64,000 nucleotides of DNA from positions 9,237-73,236 of the forward strand of contig JBBSXO010000003.1 of assembly GCA_038045705.1 (NCBI GenBank). Direction: 5' to 3'. How positions within the stretch are numbered: the stretch's first letter is position 1; the number at the start of each line of letters is the position of its first letter. Of this stretch, positions 36,771-46,184 are shown in pieces. Below the pieces are notes generated by a model that saw only the letters and a list, made by a program, of their open reading frames with translations, was not told the DNA's origin and ran no database searches. Source of the DNA: Nanobdellota archaeon. GTDB lineage: Archaea > Nanobdellota > Nanobdellia > Pacearchaeales > GW2011-AR1. The position numbers and the translations under genes are program-made.

Positions 36771-37105
36771 ACGTTAAACAACAAGATTTAGTTTTAGTTC
36801 CTTATCCATTCACTAATCTCAAAGAGGAAAAAGTAAGGCCAGCAGTCATTCTTTCTAATGAGTCTTATAATAAACAATCAAAAGATTGCATTGCACTACC
36901 TTTAACATCAGTAATTAATGAAAATCCATTTTCTATTCTTATTTCACAAAATGATATGCAAGATGGAAACTTAATCAAACAGAGCAGTATCCGTACCGAT
37001 AAAATTTTTAGTGTTCAGAAAAACTTAATTCGAATGCGAATAGGTTCCCTAAAGAAATCAGTATTTGATAAAGTCAGAGATGAATTATTTAGAATAATCC
37101 AATAA
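36767..37105 (+). CDS. mazF: MazF/PemK-family endoribonuclease toxin
   Basis: DLVLVPYPFTNLKEEKVRPAVILSNESYN...CIALPLTS. Confidence 0.75.
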   Translation: MNVKQQDLVLVPYPFTNLKEEKVRPAVILSNESYNKQSKDCIALPLTSVINENPFSILISQNDMQDGNLIKQSSIRTDKIFSVQKNLIRMRIGSLKKSVFDKVRDELFRIIQ

Positions 37106-37159
37106 AAATAAATCCCACCATTATGCCAAGTGAGCACAGAGACCGGCAGGGGCATTTAC

Positions 37160-37657
37160 CTATTTCTTTCGAGTAACCACAATCATAGGACGTAAACGCA
37201 AATCATTCTTTGACTTAATATATTCACCTTTGAAATCGAACCATACCTTGCTAAAAGTACTCAAAGAAATCTTCTTATAATGTGCATCTTCAGGATCAAT
37301 AAAATATACATTTAATTTATCAATGCCAACAACAACGGAATAATGTCCCTCATTTTCATAAAACCAGTTAATTATAACTGGAATCTTTTTAATTACAACA
37401 AATTCACGCAATTGAGCTAAATTAGAATTTTCTATGTATTTTACATTAAACCCGTAATGTTTTGCTGCATTAACCATATCAAACGGGCTAGTTCCAACAT
37501 TAGTATCATTAACAATAGTACCTGCTACCTTAGCAATTTCTTTCTCATCAATTTCTTTTCCATAATAATCAAAGACCATCTTTAAACAAAAAGGTCCACA
37601 ATAAGAAGGAGTTTGACGCATAGGTTTGACATTTAACATAAAGTAAAAAACATTCAA
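37160..37657 (-). CDS. Peptidase C39-like cysteine peptidase domain protein (free-standing)
   Basis: QTPSYCGPFCLKMVFDYYG (catalytic Cys context) and HYSVVVG (His). Confidence 0.55.
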   Translation of the reverse strand: MNVFYFMLNVKPMRQTPSYCGPFCLKMVFDYYGKEIDEKEIAKVAGTIVNDTNVGTSPFDMVNAAKHYGFNVKYIENSNLAQLREFVVIKKIPVIINWFYENEGHYSVVVGIDKLNVYFIDPEDAHYKKISLSTFSKVWFDFKGEYIKSKNDLRLRPMIVVTRKK

Positions 37658-37668
37658 TAGTTTAAAAA

Positions 37669-38238
37669 TTATACTAGATCTTTAACTTTCCTATGGTAAA
37701 TAAATCCTAAAATTAAACCAAAAAACATACCAGATAAATGTGCAAGATTTGCAACATTACTTGGAACAAACAACCCTATCAAATCTCCTGCTGCCCATAT
37801 TATTCCAGCAATAAAAAGGGGCATGGGAAATCCAAATGCCCAAACAAACATCAAAGGGCGAATAGCAACTAAAGCACCGATAACTCCAAAAATAGCTCCA
37901 CTAGCCCCAAGAGAAGAATTATAAAAATTAACAGAAACAATATTAGCGAGCAACCCAGTAACGAAAAATACCATCAAGAATCTTTTACTTCCAAGAAATC
38001 TCTCAAGCATACTGCCAAAAAAAGCAAGAGCAAAAGTGTTGTAAAGCAAATGGGCAAATCCTCCATGTAAAAATATAGCTGTCAAAAACCTCCAGATCTC
38101 AATATAAGAATCAGAATTAAGTAAAAATAAATCAGTAAAACTATCAAACATAAGTTGCATCAAAAAAACCAAAAGCATCCATCCACAAAGTTTTAGAGCG
38201 TAAAAGCGAAATCTATCTTTTCTAGCCATTATAAACAA
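37669..38238 (-). CDS. Rhomboid-family intramembrane serine protease
   Basis: GASGAIFG (Gx-S-G) and AHLSG His. ~6 TM helices. Confidence 0.8.
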   Translation of the reverse strand: MFIMARKDRFRFYALKLCGWMLLVFLMQLMFDSFTDLFLLNSDSYIEIWRFLTAIFLHGGFAHLLYNTFALAFFGSMLERFLGSKRFLMVFFVTGLLANIVSVNFYNSSLGASGAIFGVIGALVAIRPLMFVWAFGFPMPLFIAGIIWAAGDLIGLFVPSNVANLAHLSGMFFGLILGFIYHRKVKDLV

Positions 38239-38402
38239 AAAACCTTAAACTTTATAAACCATTCAAAACTTGAATAAATATGAATACACAAACCACGAGG
38301 TTTATTCATTGTCGCTAATGTAAGCAAACCTAGTTCTAACATTTTCTCACAAAAACAATATTCACAGTCTTTATATATCAGATATAAAGAAGAATTAAAT
38401 AT

Positions 38403-38474
38403 GGCGGATGTTGTGTAATGGTAGCATACCGGCTTGTGGCGCCGTTGGAGTGGGTCCGATTCCCACCTTCCGCT
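38403..38474 (+). tRNA. tRNA-His(GUG) with encoded G-1
   Basis: Extra 5' G, anticodon loop ttGTGgc, T-arm gtggg-tccgatt-cccac. One mismatch in each of the acceptor and anticodon stems lowers confidence. Lies 10 nt upstream of hisS. Confidence 0.55.
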
Positions 38475-38484
38475 TTGAAATAAA

Positions 38485-39717
38485 ATGATATACCAACCAG
38501 AAACAGTAAAGGGATTTGAAGATTATCTTCCTCCAGAATCTCAAAAAAGAGAGAAAATAAAAGAGATAGCTAAGAAATATTTCAAGCTCTATGGGTTTTT
38601 ACCAGTTGAAACCCCATCAATAGAATTCGATGAATTGATGCGAACAGATGGAATAGGAGAAGAAGATGAAGCTGTTAGAGATAGATTCAGATTAAAAGAC
38701 AGAGCAAATAGAAATCTAGGTCTAAGATATGAGTTTACATTCCAGTTAGCAAGAATTTTCAAACAAAATCCAAATATTAAACTTCCATTCAAAAAATACC
38801 AAATTGGAGAGAACTTTAGAGACGAACCAATAAGAACAGGTAGAACTCGCCAGTTTACTCAATGTGACATCGACATAATAGGAGATTCTTCGATAAATGC
38901 CGATGCAGAATGTATAGCCGTAGTTTCAGATATATTAAAAGAATTAAGAATAGAAAATGTAGAAATCCAAATTAATAATAGGAAATTAGTAGACGAAATA
39001 ATAAAATCTGTTCAAATATCTGAAAAACAAGCAGTACTAAGGGAAATAGATAAAATAGATAAAATAGGAGAAGATCAAGTAAAGATGAATCTTAAAAAAT
39101 ATGCAGATTCAAATCAAATTCTAAGCCTTTTCAAATTGATGGATAAAGACACTTCATTCTTTAAAGACAATATGTTTGATGGAGCTCAAGAATTAATAGA
39201 TTTAACTCAAAAATGCAAAGAATATGGAATAACTGCAAAATTCAATCCAAAACTAATGAGAGGTTTCAATTATTACACTGGAAATGTCTTTGAATTATTA
39301 ATGGGAAAAACTGCTATTTTAGGAGGTGGAAGATATGATAAACTAGTAGGCAAATATGTAAACAAAGAAATCCCAGCTGTCGGAATTTCATTTAGCATAG
39401 AAGCAATAACAGGTCTATGTCCAAAAGAAATTAACCAACTAGAAATAGAAAACACCAAAGCAGTAATAATTTCTATAGATAAAGACAAAGAAGCAATTAA
39501 ACTAGCACAATCTCTAAGAAAAAACAATATAAGTTGTATAATAAATTCAAATGGTCCTGGAAAAGCACTAGAATATGCAAATTCATATCAAATTCAATAT
39601 GCTATATTTGTAGGCAAAGAAGAAATATCAAAGAAGAAATTTAAGTTAAGAGACATGAAATCAGGAGAAGAGTCTATATTAGCAGAAAAGTCAATTATCT
39701 CAAAATTGAAAGATTAA
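38485..39717 (+). CDS. hisS: Histidyl-tRNA synthetase
   Basis: Class II motifs including GGGRYD. The N-terminus has the KGFEDYLP (RDxLP-type) motif. 410 aa. Confidence 0.9.
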   Translation: MIYQPETVKGFEDYLPPESQKREKIKEIAKKYFKLYGFLPVETPSIEFDELMRTDGIGEEDEAVRDRFRLKDRANRNLGLRYEFTFQLARIFKQNPNIKLPFKKYQIGENFRDEPIRTGRTRQFTQCDIDIIGDSSINADAECIAVVSDILKELRIENVEIQINNRKLVDEIIKSVQISEKQAVLREIDKIDKIGEDQVKMNLKKYADSNQILSLFKLMDKDTSFFKDNMFDGAQELIDLTQKCKEYGITAKFNPKLMRGFNYYTGNVFELLMGKTAILGGGRYDKLVGKYVNKEIPAVGISFSIEAITGLCPKEINQLEIENTKAVIISIDKDKEAIKLAQSLRKNNISCIINSNGPGKALEYANSYQIQYAIFVGKEEISKKKFKLRDMKSGEESILAEKSIISKLKD

Positions 39718-40883
39718 TCTCTTCTCATCAATTCTTCATATTCTTTTGAAAATCTAAAATCTAAACAAGACATTAGTTGATTAGCAGATGTCCTCCCTAA
39801 TCCTTTTGCAGCTTGTACAAATAATCCTTTAATTAAATGATCTACTTCATCTGGTAAAAATCGAGCCGTAACTTTAGTTTCAATACCCTTTTGAGTAGGA
39901 TGTTGGACAAAAACAAGTTCTTTATCTACATTAGTATATATTCCATAAAGAGCTCCCCAATTAGTATTAAGAAAATGGTTAGGAATATTCTCTCCCTTAG
40001 TAATATCATCTTCATTAATGGACATTAAATCTGTTCTTGTGAAATATCTCTGTACTGGAAAATCAAAATCTCCATAATTTCTAGTAGCTGTTCCCATGTT
40101 TTGTCCCAAGCTTCTAGCTAATTCAACTACTTCTTTATAATTGTCTTTTAGAGATTGAGATGGTAATTTATGATGTTCAATCCATTTTAATAGTGCAACT
40201 AAAAGATGAGGTTCAGTTGAATGGTATGCAATAACCTTGTTTAAATCAGATTCAGGTATAGGTCTATAAGAAACTCTATTTCCTATAGGGTCTGTTGTTT
40301 CGTAAGGAGTTACATCGGTTTGAAATATCCTTAAATCACTATTGGTGTCTCCGGTAATTTGACTGATAACAAATTTTCCATCCCCTCTTTTAGTCTGCCA
40401 AGTGTATCCTTCTCTCAGAACTCCCTCGTTTACTGTCTCATCAATAAGAGCTGCAACAGAACCAGTTAAATCTGTTAAATTATCAAATCTAAACTTCTTA
40501 TAATCCCATAATTCATCTCCATTTAGAACTTGAGAAGCTGGATAACCTAAAATCCCAAGTATATCTTCAATTTCTACTTGTTCAATATATTCTTTGCCAG
40601 ATCTTTTTATTTTCCAAGGGTGTTTATCTCTATTTTTATAGACTTCATCTATTCCATCTTGAAAACATGATCTTTCTTTAGGAGGAAGAGTCTTAAATAA
40701 ACCTCTGTCGCCCATCTCTTTAACAACAGAACGAATTTCATCATCATCAATAAAAAAATGCCCAAAGTCCAATCTGCCACCAGAATTTTTAAGTCTAATT
40801 TTTTCAGCTATTCCACTTATTTCTAATTTAGATCTGGCTTCAGGATAAAGAGTATAACCAAAAGACCTCATAAAAGAACACAA
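39714..40883 (-). CDS. Hypothetical protein (possible nucleotidyltransferase/ligase-like; unassigned)
   Basis: 389 aa. WQTKRGDGKF is a weak K-x-DG-like motif. No firm family assignment. Confidence 0.3.
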   Translation of the reverse strand: MCSFMRSFGYTLYPEARSKLEISGIAEKIRLKNSGGRLDFGHFFIDDDEIRSVVKEMGDRGLFKTLPPKERSCFQDGIDEVYKNRDKHPWKIKRSGKEYIEQVEIEDILGILGYPASQVLNGDELWDYKKFRFDNLTDLTGSVAALIDETVNEGVLREGYTWQTKRGDGKFVISQITGDTNSDLRIFQTDVTPYETTDPIGNRVSYRPIPESDLNKVIAYHSTEPHLLVALLKWIEHHKLPSQSLKDNYKEVVELARSLGQNMGTATRNYGDFDFPVQRYFTRTDLMSINEDDITKGENIPNHFLNTNWGALYGIYTNVDKELVFVQHPTQKGIETKVTARFLPDEVDHLIKGLFVQAAKGLGRTSANQLMSCLDFRFSKEYEELMRRD

Positions 40884-40941
40884 TCAGTTCCATATTAAAA
40901 GATTGTTGCATTAAACTTTCTCTTCTATGACAGCCAATCTC

Positions 40942-41292
40942 TTAATTAAATTTCTCAAGAAACAACTTCTTAATTTTATCAAATCTTTTTGAATCTTTGA
41001 AAATTATAACATCACAATAGTTAGAAGTGAAAATAATGTAAATATCTTCATCATTCCCAAAAAATTTAAATTCTTTATCTTTAAAATAGTTGATACCACT
41101 TAAATGAGATTCACTAGATCCACACCAATCATCTAAGTCTTGACTCTCTAAACCACTAATATTTTGATTTATAGATTTTAAAACATTATGCAACGTCTTG
41201 ATAACATCATCTGTAAGCTTGATCTTCATCCAAAGCGATCTTTTAGAATCAAACAAACTAGTAATTTTTATACCCATATAAAAATAAAACAA
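40942..41292 (-). CDS. Hypothetical protein
   Basis: 116-aa ORF downstream of scpA. Not recognisably ScpB. Confidence 0.35.
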   Translation of the reverse strand: MFYFYMGIKITSLFDSKRSLWMKIKLTDDVIKTLHNVLKSINQNISGLESQDLDDWCGSSESHLSGINYFKDKEFKFFGNDEDIYIIFTSNYCDVIIFKDSKRFDKIKKLFLEKFN

Positions 41293-41306
41293 TTGAATTA
41301 TATAAA

Positions 41307-42143
41307 TTAAACTATATTTTTTTCTATTTTAGCCTCAACTTCATTTTCCTCTTCTAATAATTCCATCTCATTTTTTAAACGCTCTAGTAGATCCTTGTTT
41401 TTTTCTTCATAAATTTCCTTCAATAAAATCCATATCTCTTCAAAATGTCCTTCTTGTTCTAACCAGACTTTCTGCTGATTATCTAAATGTAAAAGAGATA
41501 CAAATGTAAGTAATCTTTCTTCAGGATCTAGAGAAGATAATTCAGAAAAAGCAACTCTTTCATCACTCTTAGAAAAAATATTTTTAAGTTTCGAATATAT
41601 TCCTTTTATCTTATCTTGCAAATTAAAGAGTTTTTTAGGAATAGGAAGATAAGCATCTATTTCATGTTGTTTCAAAATAAGAGCCTTCTTTTCACGTCTA
41701 CTTTCAGTATTCATAGCCTTACTCAAAGCTAAAATAAGCTCTTGCAATGAAACTTTCTTATGCCTAGGAAGAGGAGTTCTAGGAATTAATTCAGGTATAT
41801 CTTCATCAAGTTCTATTCTTTCTTGAGTATAAGTTTTTTCTTCTTTTTTCCCATATAAAATATCATCAAGAGATTGTAAATCTTTACTCAATAAAATCTC
41901 TGATTTGAGTCTTAAAAGAAGAGAAGCAGCAAGTAAAACCTTAGAAGAAACAAAGAAATTAGCTTCTTCCAACTCGCGAACCTTCAGAATATACTTATTA
42001 GCCAATATACTCAAGTTTATATCCCAAGGGTCAAGTTGTTCAGAGTTAATAAGATCATAAATAATAGTCTGCCAGCTTAATCTATTATCGAAAAGCAAAT
42101 CATGTATCTGATCCTGTCCGACTTTCTCCTTAACTTCAGCCAT
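41307..42143 (-). CDS. scpA: Segregation and condensation protein A (kleisin)
   Basis: LDPWDINLSILANKYIL...LLAASLLLRLKS N-terminal ScpA signature. Confidence 0.75.
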   Translation of the reverse strand: MAEVKEKVGQDQIHDLLFDNRLSWQTIIYDLINSEQLDPWDINLSILANKYILKVRELEEANFFVSSKVLLAASLLLRLKSEILLSKDLQSLDDILYGKKEEKTYTQERIELDEDIPELIPRTPLPRHKKVSLQELILALSKAMNTESRREKKALILKQHEIDAYLPIPKKLFNLQDKIKGIYSKLKNIFSKSDERVAFSELSSLDPEERLLTFVSLLHLDNQQKVWLEQEGHFEEIWILLKEIYEEKNKDLLERLKNEMELLEEENEVEAKIEKNIV

Positions 42144-42422
42144 AATAACAACACAACATAAGATTAAATAAACTTATAGTTCTAAATTGAAACCAGTTGA
42201 TTGTGTCGTAACTATATAATAAGAACATAATCGAAAGATTTAAATAGTAGTCTAAGTTCGCTTAATTATCATCACCTCTTTTTCCCAGGAGGAGACGTCA
42301 TGGCCATCTTCTTGAAGGTCTTGATCTCTCCTCTATGGGTTTATTTAATGTCGAATAAACCACAAATTCTAAAATAATGATTTCATAGTAACAACGAAAG
42401 AAAGACTTAAATATCAATAAAT

Positions 42423-42803
42423 TTGCTCATTTTTATGGAAGTATTAGAATATCAGGGAAGAAATGTCTATACAAGTTCATACTTAGATATTCAAGTGAAA
42501 GATCTGGATTCTTCAGAAGCTACAACAGGTAGAATAGAAGATGCTTATTTTTTTGAACTTGGGATGAATAGATCTGTACAAATAGAATTTAATAGAAAAA
42601 AAGTAGAAAATGGCAGTTCAGGGTTAATGATTAGAGTTAAAGGGACATTGGGAACAGCAACAGTCTCAATTGTAGGGTTGCAAAGAATAGTAGATTTTAT
42701 GTGTGATTTTGATTGTATTGGTAAGGACTTATCAACATTAAAAGGAAGAGAAGTTAGAAAATATGATAGCATGAGACTACTAGCGGGAATTTCTAAAGTT
42801 TAA
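42423..42803 (+). CDS. Hypothetical protein
   Basis: 126 aa. No motif recognised. Confidence 0.35.
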   Translation: MLIFMEVLEYQGRNVYTSSYLDIQVKDLDSSEATTGRIEDAYFFELGMNRSVQIEFNRKKVENGSSGLMIRVKGTLGTATVSIVGLQRIVDFMCDFDCIGKDLSTLKGREVRKYDSMRLLAGISKV

Positions 42804-42902
42804 TTCCATAACCAGCACTTCTATTTGACAAAATCATTCACACTATTATGAGCATACATTTAATCTAACCCAATAGATTTAACAAAAATAGAAGATAAAA
42901 AA

Positions 42903-43118
42903 TCACTTGCTATTAAACTCAGTATACTTACACTTTCCACAGTGAAGACGATTTAATCCTCCACCCATGAATACTCCAGGACCACATCTTGGACAAAACT
43001 TAGCCTCTCTCTTAACCGAGTCTCCAGTTACTTTATACATCTTATACTTAGTACTAGTTGGCTTATTCTTATGAGGCTTCTTTCCCTCGCCTGCTTTTCC
43101 AGCCATTTTACTTAGCAC
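42903..43118 (-). CDS. rps27ae: Ribosomal protein S27ae
   Basis: FCPRCGPGVFMGGGLNRLHCGKCKYTE zinc ribbon. Confidence 0.9.
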   Translation of the reverse strand: MLSKMAGKAGEGKKPHKNKPTSTKYKMYKVTGDSVKREAKFCPRCGPGVFMGGGLNRLHCGKCKYTEFNSK

Positions 43119-43377
43119 CCTCTTTCTTCACTTTAGGCTTAGGTTCAATAGATTGTAAGTTTTCAGCAGAATCATAAACGCTAGCTTTTATAACAAACTC
43201 AGAGCTTCCAAAACTACCCTTAACAGATTTTATAGCAACGCAATCCACAGTTTTATTAAAATGTTTAGCAACATCTTCTTTTACAGAGTTATATCCAGGG
43301 TTTGAAGAATAAGATTTTACCGCAATAATATCATGCCTGTGTAAAAGTGAATTATAAGTGTTTAATGTAAATTTCAT
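43108..43377 (-). CDS. rps24e: Ribosomal protein S24e
   Basis: LLHRHDIIAVKSYSSNPGYNSVKEDVAKHF...GSFGSSEFVIKASVYDS. Confidence 0.85.
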   Translation of the reverse strand: MKFTLNTYNSLLHRHDIIAVKSYSSNPGYNSVKEDVAKHFNKTVDCVAIKSVKGSFGSSEFVIKASVYDSAENLQSIEPKPKVKKEGAK

Positions 43378-43562
43378 CTTAATCTTAGAGCAAAAACTCC
43401 TTTTCCTTTTATACCTAAATTTTTTGCTATCTCAGAGTTTTCAGGATCTATAATTGTAATTTTCCCTTTAAAGCTATCAACACTTTCAGTATGTTGGCAA
43501 CTAGGACAACTAGAGCCTTCATAAATCATCTTACAATTCTTACAAGCTTTTTCTTTACCCAT
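43374..43562 (-). CDS. spt4: Transcription elongation factor Spt4
   Basis: KACKNCKMIYEGSSCPSC zinc ribbon + ITIIDPENSEIAKNLGIKGKGVFAL. Confidence 0.88.
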   Translation of the reverse strand: MGKEKACKNCKMIYEGSSCPSCQHTESVDSFKGKITIIDPENSEIAKNLGIKGKGVFALRLR

Positions 43563-44170
43563 TATTCCTTCTTCTCCTTCTTAGATTTCTTCCCACTTCT
43601 TTCAACATTTTCAGCTTTCTTAGCTAAAGCAACAGCTCTCTTTTTAGCCTCATCAAGCCATTCTACCTTACCAAGACCAGGTTGTCTCATAGTAAGGCCT
43701 ATCTTAGGCTCACCAGCCTTATAACTAATAGCAACAATCCTAGCTAAACAAGAATCTCCAACATTCAAAGAACGCTTAGTAACTTTTCCTTGTAAATTAC
43801 CAGTCTTACTTAAGGAAACAAAATCTTCCATCGTCTGTGAAATATGAATCATCCCTTGAGTCGGACCTATCTGCATAAATGCTCCAAAATTAGTAATTTC
43901 TTTTATTACACCAGGGATAAGCTCATGTAATTCAGGTCTCCAAACTAAAACAGTAAATAATGATTTATAATAAGCAGCACCATCGCCAGGAATAATTATA
44001 CCTTCTCCAACATTATTAACGCCTATTACAGAAATAACAAATCCAAGTTCCTTATGCATTGTTTTAACATAAGACTCTTCAAGTTGTTCTGCAACAGCAT
44101 CTTTAGTAGCTAAACCAAAATGTCTAGGTTCTACACGAACATGATCTTCAACTTCGACAACATAAAACAT
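43562..44170 (-). CDS. rpoE: RNA polymerase subunit E' (Rpo7) with S1 domain
   Basis: MFYVVEVEDHVRVEPRHFG N-terminus. C-terminal S1 fold. Sits in the conserved Rpo7-Spt4-S24e-S27ae order. Confidence 0.88.
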   Translation of the reverse strand: MFYVVEVEDHVRVEPRHFGLATKDAVAEQLEESYVKTMHKELGFVISVIGVNNVGEGIIIPGDGAAYYKSLFTVLVWRPELHELIPGVIKEITNFGAFMQIGPTQGMIHISQTMEDFVSLSKTGNLQGKVTKRSLNVGDSCLARIVAISYKAGEPKIGLTMRQPGLGKVEWLDEAKKRAVALAKKAENVERSGKKSKKEKKE

Positions 44171-44213
44171 AAGTGTGTGAGAAAAACATGCTTTTTAAAG
44201 GTTTTTCTTATAT

Positions 44214-44588
44214 TTAAGCACCAGCTTCAACACCAACTCTATTTTGTGCTTTAAATATAACTATTCTTTTAGGAACTTTCTTCTTTATTCCATTATCCAA
44301 AGTTGCAATAAAAATTCCCTCTTGACCTCTTTTTATTAAAAAATCATCAATTTTACCCTCGCCAAGAGTAGTTTTTTTTATCTTAGCTTTTTCAAATAAT
44401 TCAAAAGCAACATCAATTGCAAGCCTGTCATCTCGAGAAGATCTATTACTTATTCTCAAATCTTTCATCTCCTGTAAAACCTCTCTTGGGACAACTGGTG
44501 TAAAGCCTTGTTCATGAAGCTGACTAAGAAAATCTATTCTATCTCTAACACAAGAAATAATAAAACTACTATCCAACAATACCTGCAT
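44214..44588 (-). CDS. PIN-domain protein (Fcf1/COG1412-like)
   Basis: VLLDSSFII N-terminus and Asp-rich core. Conserved position next to rpoE'. Confidence 0.55.
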   Translation of the reverse strand: MQVLLDSSFIISCVRDRIDFLSQLHEQGFTPVVPREVLQEMKDLRISNRSSRDDRLAIDVAFELFEKAKIKKTTLGEGKIDDFLIKRGQEGIFIATLDNGIKKKVPKRIVIFKAQNRVGVEAGA

Positions 44589-44710
44589 ACATAAATCAAG
44601 TAAAAATACTATATAATGTTTGCTATACGCTATCCAATATAATTTGAATTAATTGCAAAAAATATTTACCAATTAACAAAAGTTATATACTTATTTCTAT
44701 TTGAAAGACA

Positions 44711-45271
44711 ATGGAAGAGGTGACTCATGTAATAGACGTTCTTACTAGAGCAAGATACGCACTGGAACAAGAAGATACAAAACAGCTAAGAGAACTTTCA
44801 GATAAAACTATTCATTCTGCTTCAGTATATCAACATACAGATTATATTCTAGTTGCAACTATAATTTACACATTAAGTAAAATAGTAGAAAGAAAAGACA
44901 AAATAGGTATAAAAAACTGGAATAATTTCATAAAGGGTGTAAGCAACTTAATAGTTTTAGCAATATCCTCTGCGCAAAGAAATAAGCACTCTCAGTTTAT
45001 TATATTTTTAACCAAAATAAAACATTATATGGAAAACATTTCAGAGGATATGAAACCATTAATAGAAGAGCTCCTAAGAAAAGCATCTATAAACAAAGCA
45101 TCAAAAGTATATGAACATGGAATTTCTCTAGCAAAGACAACAAAGCTTTTAGGAGTCAATCCGTGGGAGCTATCAGAATATATAGGAGAAAAAGAAAATC
45201 CTCAAATCAAACTAAATAAAACCATAGATGCAAAAGAGAGAATGCGAATGGCAATGGATTTCTTTAAATGA
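44711..45271 (+). CDS. Hypothetical protein
   Basis: 186 aa. Overlaps the next gene by 4 nt. Confidence 0.35.
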   Translation: MEEVTHVIDVLTRARYALEQEDTKQLRELSDKTIHSASVYQHTDYILVATIIYTLSKIVERKDKIGIKNWNNFIKGVSNLIVLAISSAQRNKHSQFIIFLTKIKHYMENISEDMKPLIEELLRKASINKASKVYEHGISLAKTTKLLGVNPWELSEYIGEKENPQIKLNKTIDAKERMRMAMDFFK

Positions 45272-45945
45272 TAAAAAAAGTTTTAATATTAGATGCAGGG
45301 CCAATAATAAATTTATCCATGAATGGATTATTAGAGATATTCGAAAAAGTATATCTAAGTGGAATAACAATAGTAATCACAAATTATGTCTATCAAGAAG
45401 TTGTAGATCACCCAAGCCATATTCCAAGATTTGAATTAGGAGCATTAAGAATAAAAGAATTAGTAGAAAAGGGAGTAATAAAATTTGCAACAGACATAGG
45501 ATTAGCCCAGATGGAAATAGAAAGCGAAACTCAGCGTTGGCTTAAAATAGCAAATTCTTCAATAAAGTCAGATAATCATTTTATTGAAATAGTAAGTATA
45601 GCCGAAATATCTTGTATAGCTGTTAGTTCTCTACTAAACAAAAAGAGGATTGAAAATATAATAGGCATAGATGAAAGAACAACAAGAGTCTTATTTGAGA
45701 AACCAGAAAATCTAAGAGACTTAATGGCAAGCAAATTGCATAGAAATATAACTCTCTATACAAAAGACTTAGAAAATACAAAACAATTTAGATTTATCAG
45801 ATCAAGTGAATTAGTATTTATGGCATACAAAAAAAAGATTATAGAAATAAACGACAAACACGCATTAGAAGCTCTTCTTTACGCAACAAAGTTCAAAGGA
45901 TGTGCAATCTCCTGGGAAGAAATCGAACAATTAAAGAAGATGTAA
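45268..45945 (+). CDS. Hypothetical protein (possible PIN-like fold)
   Basis: VLILDAGPIINL N-terminus reminiscent of PIN domains. Not confirmed. Confidence 0.3.
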   Translation: MIKKVLILDAGPIINLSMNGLLEIFEKVYLSGITIVITNYVYQEVVDHPSHIPRFELGALRIKELVEKGVIKFATDIGLAQMEIESETQRWLKIANSSIKSDNHFIEIVSIAEISCIAVSSLLNKKRIENIIGIDERTTRVLFEKPENLRDLMASKLHRNITLYTKDLENTKQFRFIRSSELVFMAYKKKIIEINDKHALEALLYATKFKGCAISWEEIEQLKKM

Positions 45946-45946
45946 A

Positions 45947-46035
45947 TGGGCCCGGAGGGAATCGAACCCCCATCCTTCGGGTACTCCGCAAAATCGCTGG
46001 AGCCGAAGATTCTAAAACCATTAAACTACGGACCC
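45947..46035 (-). tRNA. tRNA-Trp(CCA) with a ~15-nt intron
   Basis: Acceptor gggtccg/cgggccc, anticodon stem ttcgg/ccgaa, loop ctCCAg|intron cgattttgcggagta|c, T-arm ggggg-ttcgatt-ccctc. Confidence 0.7.
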
Positions 46036-46184
46036 TAATCTATAACTTCTGGAATCCTTCTCAATTCGTCAGAAGTTAATACATAAATTGTATTTTCACC
46101 AATTAAAAACTTATCTTTTGATGGTTTTTTCCTAGAATTAAGGAAATAATAAAACTTTATAAACAATAAACACGAATATAATAC

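Noticed and set aside
42144-42422. C/D-box sRNA in the scpA upstream spacer (GUGAUGA on minus strand)
   Set aside because: No box D (CUGA) at an appropriate distance and no terminal stem. Only the GC-rich island is reported, as an unexplained element.
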